Assembly (NCBI GenBank): GCA_013265495.1
Contig: MU058718.1
Coordinates: forward strand, 496,001-560,000
DNA from: Vicugna vicugna
Lineage: Eukaryota
Length of the DNA: 64,000 nucleotides
Reading direction: 5' to 3'
Under the pieces are notes generated by a model, which searched no databases, was not told the origin of the DNA, and saw only the letters and a program-made list of their open reading frames with translations. Positions 14,215 to 23,648 of this stretch are shown here, one piece after another. Position 1 is the first letter of the stretch. Each line of letters starts with the position of its first letter. The position numbers were made by a program, and so were the translations under genes.

Positions 14215-14636
14215 TTAATTTTTTTAAATAGATTTTATTCTCTTAGAGCAGTTTCAGGTTCACAACAGAATTGAGCAGAAAATAGAGTCGGCACATAGCC
14301 CTCTCCATCCACACATATATACTCCCCTACCCTCAACATCCCTCATCAGTGTGGCATATTTGGTACAATCGATGAACCAACATAGACACATTATTATCAA
14401 CCAAAGTCCATAGTTTACATTAGAGTTTACTCTTGATGTTGTTGTACATTATGGGTTTTGACAAATGCATAATGACAAGTAAGCCACCACTATAGTATCA
14501 TACAGAATAATTTTATTGCCCTAAAAATCCCTTTTACTCCATCTATTCATTCCTACCTCCCTCCCACCCTCTCCCCAAACCCCTGGAAACCACAATTTTT
14601 TTGTTGTTTCTATTGCTGTGCCTTTTCCAGAATGCG
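14215..14636 (-). mobile_element. Nested L1 3'-end fragment (same family as 37240-37567)
   Basis: T-rich start, degenerate TSD (tgacatttaatt / tgacactgaatt), and clear similarity to 37245-37560. Confidence 0.7.
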
Positions 14637-15879
14637 CTGACACTGAATTATTGATAGGTATGTACTTAATGCCATTTTATGTCTTGTTTTCCAGTTGATT
14701 TTGTAGTTCTTCTTTGTTCATTTTTCCTTTATGGCTTTCTTTTGTATTATGCTTGAGTTCCTTTTTTGTTTTTGTGAATCTATTATATGTTTTTGGCTTA
14801 TGGTTAACCTGGTTTTCAAGTATATTAACCCATAACTGTATCTATTTGCTTTAAACTGATAGCCATGTAAATTCAAATATATTCTAAAAGATCTACATTT
14901 TTATACTCCCTCTCCCATTTTGTGATTTTGATGTTCTATTTTATATCTTCATGTTTATCCTTTTGCTGTTAATTGTAGTTATCACTTTTACAAAATGATT
15001 TTTTAAATCTATGTACTGACTTATGCAAGTGAACGTCAATCCTTTTATATATTTGCATTTCCTATTGTGATTTTACCTTTTCTATAGATTCTTGCTTCTT
15101 TTCTATTTAGAGAAGACCTTACAATATTTCTTTTAGGGAAGATTAGTATTGCAGAGTTCTTTTAGTTTTTGCTTGTCTGAGAAATTCTCCTTTTCTAAAT
15201 AATCTTACTGGCTAGAGGATCCTTGCAGGTTTTTCCTTTTCAGGTCTTTGAATATATTATGCTACTCCTTTCTGGCCTGTGAAGTCTTTAACTTTTGCCA
15301 TTTTAAATTATGATATGTCTTGGTGTGGGTCTCTTGAAGTTCATCTTGTTGGGACTCTCTCTGCTTCCTGTACCTGGATATGTTTCCTTCCTCAGGCTTG
15401 ATAAGTTTTCAGTTATCACTTTTTCAAATACATTTTTGATCTCTCTTTCTCTTTCTGGAACCCCTATTTAGGCATAGGTTGGCGCACTTTATATTAGCCC
15501 ATAGAACTCAGATGTTGCTTTTATTTTTTCTCATGTCTTTCTTGCTGCTATTCTGCTTGGATGATTTCCATTATTTTGTTCTTCTGTGTTATTTAATCTC
15601 CTCTTCATTGCTTCTAGATTGTTCTTATAGTTTCTAGTTTGTTACAGTGATCTGCATTTCTAGTGATAATATTTCTTAATTTCTTTACCATTTTTATTAT
15701 CTTCTTTTTGAACTCGGTCTATTAGACTGGTGAGGTCTGTTTCATTGTTCTTTCAGGGGATTTCTCTTGTTTGTTTCTTTTCTTTTTTCTTTTTCTTTTT
15801 TGCAGCTAAATGGGCTTCAGGAAGTCTGGGCCATGGGCATATGGTGACTGGAGGCATAGCCCAGAGCCCTTCTGCCATC

Positions 15880-16360
15880 TTGACCCCCATCCCAAACCCA
15901 ACCCCATCCTGACTGTGGCTCCAATTCCATCCTTAACCCTAGCTTCAACCCCAAATTCAGCCCATTCCAATCCTCAAATTCAACCCCATCTTAATTTCCA
16001 AACGTAACCTAACCATCTGATTCCCAAACCCCAACTCTAAATTAAATCCTACCCCCAATCCAACTCACTCCCTAACACCAGCCCCTAATTTAACCCCATC
16101 CCTATCCTCCAACCTAACCCCATTCTTATTCCCAAACCCAACCTCAACCTGATCCCCAAAACACAAACCCATCCTTATCTGGACACTTAAGCCTATCATT
16201 TCCATGCCCACACAAGGTGGCATTTCCAATCCCAATTCCAGCCCCAGTCCCACACCCATTTCCTTCTTCATAATTCTCCCCCACCCCTATAATTCCTACC
16301 TCAGACTTACCCCCTCACCCCACCCCTGCCTCTCTATTTTTATCTTCATCCCACCTCCAG
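15880..16360. repeat. Degenerate hexamer (ANCCCC/AACCCT-like) low-complexity array, G-rich on the minus strand
   Basis: Recurrent aacccc/atcccc/aaccct/agcccc units with ~6-bp periodicity. Confidence 0.85.
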
Positions 16361-16495
16361 GTCCAAGTAGTCACTAGAGGGCTTAGAGTAGGGGAGGGAC
16401 ATGATTTGATAATAAAAATTCCTCTAGATACTGTGTAGAGAATGGACTGCAGGGGTTGGGGGTGGGGTGGGTAAGGCAGAGGCAGAGCTGGTTAC

Positions 16496-17096
16496 TGTTG
16501 TGGGACACAACAGGGGCCGGTTGGTAGCACAGTTATGTCGTGCGTTGGCAAAAGAATTCAGAGACAAAGCATGAGAACAGAAAAGGGGCTCACTAGGGTA
16601 TGCTGCCATAGACAACAGCAGGCCACACGGATGAGAGGTACCCGTGCACGCACTGAGAGCTGGCCGCTGGGGTCCTCCACAAGGTAGGGTCACCAGGGGC
16701 CTGACTGGCCCATGCACACATCACCAGTTGGCTGTAGGTGAGGCAGGAAGTCCAGGGTCCATGAAGGGTGGTGGGATCCACAACTTTGACATGGTGGGCT
16801 GAAGCAAGCCAGCCCTAGCCACTGTGAGAACAGGCACCACCTAGGCCATCAGCCTGCCAGGGTAAACATGCCCAGCAAATAATGTGCTCCATCCGCTGAG
16901 AGATCACAGGCAGACACCTGAGAGCCCAGAAATGGGAGTTCTGGACTCTGAAGGATGTCAGATGGCCCCACATTCCCCCCTGACAGATTGGCAGGGACAA
17001 AGATCTCACCTTCCATATCTACTTCCTGCTGAACAGGGGGCACTGCACTGTCCCTGCCTATTATGCCAGTCTGTCCAGAGTTATGGGGTCTCAACA
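16496..17096 (-). mobile_element. Complete ERV1 LTR (arm A; 3' LTR of the retrocopied transcript), heavily T>C altered on +
   Basis: TG...CA termini (minus: TGTTGAGACCCC...TCCCACAACA). Homologous to 20089-20244 in the same orientation and to 17435-17909 inverted. Confidence 0.9.
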
Positions 17097-17434
17097 TCCC
17101 TGCAGCCTTAAAGATGGGAGTAGGAGACCCCAGCAGTGTCCAAGGGCTGCATCACCAGGATGTTGACTTGGTTCATGGCAGCAATCTTGGTATGTTTTCT
17201 TAAGTTCACAGATCTTGGACCTCAAAGAGAGACAGTCATTTTTATAAGAGAGGAATAAAACACAAAAGTGTATAGTAAGATAAACAGCTAGACCCAGTAG
17301 AAACAGAGAAGAAATTTGAGAATGTCTGAAAAGAAAGACCTTATCCCTTCAGGGATCTGAGAAAAGGCACTGGAGAACCAGGCGCCTGGTGAGTGACTTC
17401 TGTAAGCATTGACATACCTGACTCATTGGCATCA

Positions 17435-17909
17435 GGCCAATTGACGTCCCTCAAAGTCCAACCACCCCCATTCCCAGGCTCCCAGATGGCCTCCTGTGAT
17501 CCCTCCCACAGACAAAGCACACTCTTCACTGGGTGAGCCTTCCCCAGCAAACCGATAGCCCCACGCAATGCCCAATCTCACAACAGCCCAGGCTGGCCTT
17601 CCCCAGCCCACCCTACCAGAGCCACAAATCCCACTGCCCCTTACAGACCCCCAAGCCTCCCACCTCATCTACAACCAATCAGACCTGTGCACAAGCTGAT
17701 CAGGCAGCCTACGACCCCACCTTACAAAAGACCCCAACAACTGGCCCTCAGTGCCCACACAGGCACCTTCTATCCACGTGGCCCACCTCTGTCCACTGCA
17801 CCACACCCCAACAAACTCCCTTTCCACTCCCACACTTCATCTCTGGCAAACTCCTCCATCAACCCACGTGTCACCATGTCACCTACCACCGCCGTTTTGT
17901 CCCACAACA
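17435..17909 (+). mobile_element. Inverted ERV1 LTR copy (arm B), heavily T>C altered on +; left boundary approximate
   Basis: Ends ...GTCCCACAACA. Has CCAAT (17675-17679), a degenerate TATA TACAAAAG (17723-17730) and a degenerate poly(A) signal AACAAA (17810-17815). Its reverse complement aligns to 16496-16967. Confidence 0.9.
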
Positions 17910-19116
17910 ATTGGGGATGTAAGTACAGCACATAACTGTGAATGGGCACCCTTGTGGGGGATGTTAAGAGCCAAGTGGTTTTGTAAGAGCTCTCCTTAAT
18001 GGCCAAAGCAGATGTCACCATTAATGATCTTAGTGCTTTTCTAGATACGAGGTGATGCTAAAGTTTGGGTTCAAATTTGGTAACAGTAGCAAAGTCTCTG
18101 GACCACCTGTCTTACTAGTCTGTTATGGTCCAGGAAAATATTCCCTCTGTTGCTTCATATCTAGAGTTACACTACTATAATTACAAACCTCCTATAGAAA
18201 CTATATTTCTGGTTAACAAGTTGCTACTTATTGCTCTGATTGAACTTGAGTAACTTTAAAAGAAAATTCATTATCTATGGCCAGGGTTAGAGCAGGTATT
18301 AATTGGCCAGGTGAGGGAATCCCACCTAATAATATTACTAAGGGCCTGAACAAAATTATTATCTCTTTTCTCTAGAATGAAGTTCCTAAGGGCCTACCGA
18401 TTAGATCCTTAGAGTGGAGAAATCCAGCACGGTCATGCAGAAGTACTGGATATAGGTAGTTGACCATAAACCTAACAATTGGATTAGCTTTAACTCTGAA
18501 CAAGATTGTTAAATATATTTAGGTTACTGAGCTTTAGAAGCAAACCTAGAGTGTTCTTGTAATAATTTAATTAAACTTTGTAATAATCCCCAGGGGCAGG
18601 ACAGCTTCTCGTTGGCTGTGCCTTGCCCCCTTTCTCAAAATTTGCATTTTAAAAAGATGGTGAGATAAGGGTTCTCTGAGAAGACCTAGTAGAACATTTG
18701 CATTTCAAGGCAAGTTCCTCCTAGAATGACTTTGTTCCCTTAGAATCAGAAAAAGTTTTTTTTCTTTCCCTCTTACAAGATACTTGCAAGTCTCTTAAGG
18801 TAAGTAGGGGAGGTTTTGGGAGTGGCAAAGGATTGATGGGTTTTGGATTATTTCTGGAGCTACACCTCTGGGCCTGGCACAGAAAGGCCATATACCTGGC
18901 TTGCCTTTTGTCTCTTTTCTTATCTCTTTTCTCCTAGGAATGTTTTTGTTTTCTCAGGGTCAGAATTTTGAAAAGGTGTCTAGTTTTGTCCTAAATGCAT
19001 ATGCAAAAAGAACCAGTTCTGGAATTTTCAAAGAGCTTCCCTTACGCAATTTTCTCTAAAGAATATCTTTATTTTCTTTGTACCATCTTTAGTACAAGTT
19101 CTAATCAGACACTCTC

Positions 19117-19400
19117 TTATAGAACCAGATCCAAGTTTTGAGAGAGGGCCATAAAGGCTTGGACATATGAGGCCTTGGACCATTTTCCCAGGTTGGGACA
19201 GAAAGAGTCAAGCTGGAAGATTATTTTATAGCTCAAAGTCCCATGAAGGGGCCAAGTCTCCTGATCTGGAAGTTGAAATTGGGGCCAGGCAACATTAAAG
19301 GAAAAGATAAGCTGCTTTTTCTTTAATGTCTGGGGATCAAACTTATCCCAGTGTTTTAAAATGCAACCCAAAGGTGAGCTCCAGGGAATAGAAGAAGCAA
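19117..19400 (-). pseudogene. gag: ERV1 (gamma-like, HERV-H/W/9-related) gag N-terminal/matrix remnant
   Basis: SPLGCILKHWDKFDPQTLKKKQLIF..VAWPQFQL...ETWPLHGTLSYKIIFQLDSFC...GKWS...YVQAFMAL matches the N-terminal motif of class I ERV Gag. It is truncated, and no downstream capsid or pol ORF is visible. Confidence 0.88.
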
Positions 19401-20068
19401 AGAGAAGGAAACCAGTGCAGACTCTATTCTGGGGCATCCCCCAGAAAGAGAAAGTCTAAACTTCTGGTGTCCTCCTACTTTGGGTGTCCCCCAGGAAAGA
19501 GAAGCCAACTGGTGCAGGGCCAAAACCAGCACAGGGGCTGAAAAGCCAGCACAAGGGGCCAAAAAGCAAAGAAAAAAGGTGGAGACTCACCCACTGGCGA
19601 CTTCTACCTGGTGTGGTGATCCAAGGCAGGAGGCACGACCAATCTGGAGACGTGATCCACAAAAGGCGGCAGGAAGGCACAGAGAGGTGCACCACGTGGT
19701 TGGGCCCGAGAACCAAGGAGTGTCTCAAGGGCCAGAGTCAGAGGAAGGGATAGGGGAAGGGGAGATGGAGAGAAGGGTATTTAGAAATGGTAAGATACCT
19801 TTCCCATGTGCATTCACCTCTACAGGCCAGGGTTCATTTCCACCTGTCAGAGTTTCAGAGCCTGCTGAGAGAGCCCAGCCAGGGTTCCTCAATCCCTGGC
19901 AAGACTTCAGGGAATTTCCGAATGCCAGGGAACAGCAGAAAAGTATGAAAGAGGAAAGGAAAGCAAAAGAGGGAAGCCTGCCCTGACGATTCTGGCCTCC
20001 AGAATGGAGAATCCCATCAAGCCAGGGGGAGATCCTGGTAGAGGGGAGAGAGGAGAAAGAAGCCCAAA

Positions 20069-20086
20069 GGGCCACATGGGCCACCA
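20069..20086 (-). other. Retroviral primer-binding site, probably tRNA-Ile
   Basis: Minus strand: LTR end ...CCACAACA-TT-TGGTGGCCCATGTGG. Resembles the tRNA-Ile PBS TGGTGGCCCGTACGGGGA with CpG decay. Confidence 0.65.
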
Positions 20087-20088
20087 AA

Positions 20089-20244
20089 TGTTGTGGGACA
20101 CAGTGGGGGCCAGTTGGTGGCACAGTGATGTGCACGTTGGTAAGAATTTACCAGAGATGAAGTATGAAAATAGAAAAGGAGTTTATTAGGGCACACTGCC
20201 ATAGACAGCAGCAGGCCACAAAGACGAGAGGTGTCCGTGTGAGC
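20089..20244 (-). mobile_element. R-U5 of the 5' LTR (copy C, apparently unedited)
   Basis: Homologous to 16496-16651. Intact AATAAA on the minus strand (TTTATT at 20182-20187). Directly followed by the PBS. Confidence 0.9.
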
Positions 20245-23236
20245 CTCTCGTTCTTTTAACTTGGAGTAACTCCTCTGCTTTTTCATTTTACTTAACTGTT
20301 TCTATGAATTCTGTGAATTCTGGAGAAACAGTTTATCTACTGTGGTCTTAAAGGGGTGTCTTTATGTGGAAGCATCCCCGTGTGCATTGTGTGAGTCCAA
20401 TATTTTTGGTGCAAGCACTGTTTTCGGTATGAATGCCAGCCAGGAAAGGAACCACTGGGTATTCCTCCCCAGGGGCTGTTGGCCAGAGACACGATTTCTT
20501 TGGCACCACCTATGCTGACAGTCTGTTGTGCAGCCAGACTCACCCCCCCATGGTGCAGGCACTGACAGTGGCTCCAAGGTTTGGCCCAGATCACACCCCA
20601 AGCCCACCAGACTGTCCCCACGCAGCTAGATGGAGTCCTCTCCCAAGGCCTGTCTAAGATTGAGCCCCCAGGCCCTGCAGGTACTAGCAGCCTTGCCATT
20701 TAGACTGGGAAGTGTGGGGAGGCAGCAGCTGTCAGCAGACAGTGCTAGTCTCTCTGTCCTGATTGCTAGCAAGCTAGCACGTGCACACCCCTCCTGAGCA
20801 GAGTCCAGGCCCCTCCAGCCGCTGTGTCTGCCCCAGCAGCCCTCTCGGCTGGCAAGGCGGCTCCCCAGGGTGAGAGCCTTCCTGTGTAGACCATTCCTCC
20901 TTCACAGATTCTCTCCCCGGGGTGCTGGTCCCATCCCTGATACATTCTTTTTTATCCTACCTGGTACCATGGAGATTTTTCTTGCAGCTTCGGCTGTGTA
21001 AGAGATCTTCTGCCAGTTCCCAGGTGGTTTTCTGTGAGAATCAGTCCACATGTAGATGAATTTTTTGTTTGTGGTGGGGGAGGGGAGCTCCATGTCCTAC
21101 TCCGCTATTTTGATCCTCCTCTTGCTTGCATTTCTATTAGGAATATACCTAGGAGTAGAATGGCAGGGATATAGGGTATACCTGTGTTCAACTTACCAAA
21201 TACTGACCTTTAGTTTTCCAAATTGGTGTACAAGTTTATACTTCATATACTGAGTCCTAGTCACTTCACATCCTCACTAGCACTTCCCACTTCGTCTCCT
21301 TAAATTTAGTATTCTGATGTGTATGTATTGGTATCTCTCTTTAAACCCTTTACTACAGAACATAAGAATAGGTATAAAGTTTCATGCTCCCATCAACCAG
21401 CTCCAACAGTTATCAGTAAAGGATCAATCTTGTCCTTATATGTCCCCACTGGACTATTTTGAAGCAAATCCTAGATATATTTTTTCCTATAATTTCTTTC
21501 AGCATGTTTCTCTAAAAGATAAGGGATTTTTTTCTTTAAGAAACATTAACTCTGAAACGTAACTCAAAAAAGTTACAACATGACTCTTCATTAACACATA
21601 TCTTTAAAGTATTATTTTCTTACATATCCACAGTAGCACTCAGACAAAATTAATAGTAATTCCTAAATAGCATCAAATATCTAACCCATATTCACATTTT
21701 GCACGCGTCTCAGCTTGTTGTTGGTTTGTTTAGACCAGAATCCCAGTAAGGGTTACACACTTACACTTGCATTGCATTTGGTTACTATGCCTCTTAAGCC
21801 TCTTACTCTAAAATAATCTCCTTTGGCAGCCCCACCTCCCCACAACCCCAATGACATTTTCTTGTTGAAGAAACTAGGCCAGTTCTATAGAGTGTCTCAA
21901 CGTCTAGATTTGTTCCATTCAACCTCTGGATTTTTCTGTGAACTTGATTAGATCTAAAGCTTCCTAAGATTAAGGCTAAACAGACATGACAAGGTCGTTC
22001 ATCAGGGTGCTGAAGACTCCATACTCCATCACATTGGGAGGCGCGCACGGTCTGGCAGCCCTGCAGTTAACAGTGCTGGGCCTGGGACAGCAGGGCTCAG
22101 GATTTCCAGGAATGAGGGAACCTTCGAGCTCATCACTACCTTTTATTCTGAGTGAGAAAGTTAGGCCCAGAAAGCTATGACTTGTCCAAGAGGATGGGGA
22201 GAGGTAGCGACTTGGCTGGGGCCACACCCAGGAGCTGGACCCTGTTCTCAGCCCCTCTCCACTGTATTCTCTTACCTTCTGCTATGATTACCTCTGTGTT
22301 TGTGTTCTGTGCTTTTAAACATATTGCTTGCTCAGTGATGATTGTTTGAAACGGCCATCTAAATGACAGGATCTTCAGGAAGACAAAAAGTAGCACAGGA
22401 AATAAATTATAGCTCTGCATGTAAGTATGTAAGTTTCGAGTTGTACAGAAGACCTTGGTTCTTTGGGAAAGTTTTAGCTCTAATTTTTCTTTAAAATACC
22501 CAGTGTTCAGCCGCTGCTTTACCTATCTCCCATGGTCACCAGGAAGGCGATGAGTTGGTATTCTCAGACTCCCAAAGCACAGCGCTTAATAGATGGAAAA
22601 AACTCACTAATTACTCCTAGATCAATTATTCAAGTAAATATTAGGCGAACAAATGCAACAAATGCTAGCAAACCATGATGTAAATGAGTCATTTTTATGT
22701 TAGGTAAGTTCACTGCCTATGAATGACCATTTATTAGCCTTTTTGGAGAACTGATGTCTTCTCATGCTTAATACTTGGCTGAAAGACATATAATATTTAC
22801 ATATTAGATGTTAGTCAGTGCTTTTTAAGATTATAGAAATCGCTTTGGCTTATAGTAGGTCCTGCAGGAATTTAGGTCTTAGGATTCAGGCTCTTGCTGA
22901 GTCAGTTTGTAGACGTGTCTTTTTTCTCCTGTCAAGAAGATATGTTCTCCAGCAGCTTAGAAATGGGGCCATCAAGCACCACAGAAGGCGTAGAGACCCT
23001 TTTCTGTGCAACAGGGTCTGCAACAGGGTGGGATTTTTTAAGACCACTGTGATGTGTGGAATGACACTATTTATAATTACAGTTTCAGACATTTAAAGGC
23101 TTTCTCGGCTACATTTTAATGTTGCTATGGATAATTTGCACTTTCCTGAGAATGCTTCCCCTCAACAGAGGAAAGACTATGAGTTGTATTGTGTTTAACT
23201 TCCCTAGGAAGTGTTATACTTCACATTTGTCATTTT

Positions 23237-23362
23237 ATTTTACTTTTTGGTGGAGGGAAGTAATTAGGTTTACTTATTTACTATTTTTAGAGGAGGTACT
23301 AGGGATTGAACCCGGGACCTCATGCATGCTAAGCATGCACTCTACCACTTGAGCTCCCCCGC
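23237..23362 (-). mobile_element. tRNA-Ala-derived SINE (camelid vic-1-like)
   Basis: Minus strand GGGGGAGCTCAAGTGGTAGAGTGCATGCTTAGCATGCATGAGGTCCCGGGTTCAATCCC has A and B boxes and a tRNA-Ala(AGC)-like body, then an A-rich tail. 13-bp TSD CATTTGTCATTTT (23224-23236 / 23363-23375). Confidence 0.9.
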
Positions 23363-23592
23363 CATTTGTCATTTTGTTAATAGTCATTCTTACACATTTT
23401 CCTTTTACTGCATTTATGTAACTTTAAAACTGCTTATATATGTGCTTCATTTTCTAAGTCTTAAGACTTCTACATATTTTAAAGATATATTTATTGTGTT
23501 GAATTACCTAAATGTACTGTATTGTTTCCTTATTTTGTCACAAAGAAGCACTGTTTTCACTTAACTTACGATTTCTGTCTCTTACTCTGAAG

Positions 23593-23648
23593 GTCCACAT
23601 CGGTTATCTTCCTAACAAGCAAGTTCTTGGCCTCAGCAAACTTGCTAG
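23593..23648 (+). CDS. GCH1: GTP cyclohydrolase 1, coding exon 3 (56 bp)
   Basis: gaAG|GTCCACATC...CTTGCTAG|GTgagt. Translates VHIGYLPNKQVLGLSKLA(R); phase matches exon 2. Confidence 0.99.

Larger units (their letters stand above)
15772..20244 (-). mobile_element. L1-mediated processed retrocopy of an ERV1 LTR-initiated read-through transcript
   Basis: Poly(T) at 15772-15801. TSD CTCTTGTT (15764-15771) / CTCTCGTT (20245-20252), next to a TTTT/AA L1 endonuclease site. Starts in the R region of the LTR with no U3. Host L1 sequence is continuous across the insertion. Confidence 0.85.
12371..21122 (-). mobile_element. Originally full-length LINE-1, antisense in GCH1 intron 2, with an internal ORF2 deletion and nested insertions
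   Basis: 5' end on the minus strand reads GAGGAGGATCAAAATAGCGGAGTAGG (decayed L1 5' CAAGATGGCGGAGTAG). 5' UTR/ORF1 at 20245-21122 and ~14640-15770, endonuclease region at ~13735-14215, ORF2 3' part and 3' UTR at 12371-13735. TSD TGCATGCATTT (12360-12370) / TGCTTGCATTT (21123-21133). Confidence 0.85.

Noticed and set aside
15880..16360. True interstitial telomere or chromosome fusion site
   Set aside because: There are very few exact CCCTAA units, no head-to-head arrangement, and the array lies inside a retrocopy.
16496..17909. APOBEC3 hypermutation or CpG decay as the cause of the arm differences
   Set aside because: APOBEC3 gives G>A on the element's sense strand, and CpG decay is not strand-directional. 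Copy C and the reconstructed TATAAAAG/AATAAA show that A/T is ancestral and that both arms moved to G/C on one transcript strand. A few CA/TG mismatches may still be CpG decay.
17341..18021. Cluster of Pro/Thr/His- and Gly/Trp-rich ORFs over the inverted LTR
   Set aside because: These arise from the T>C / A>G skew removing stop codons; they are not coding sequence.
23290..23362. Functional tRNA-Ala gene
   Set aside because: The 5' acceptor/D region is shortened, and it has a SINE tail and TSD.
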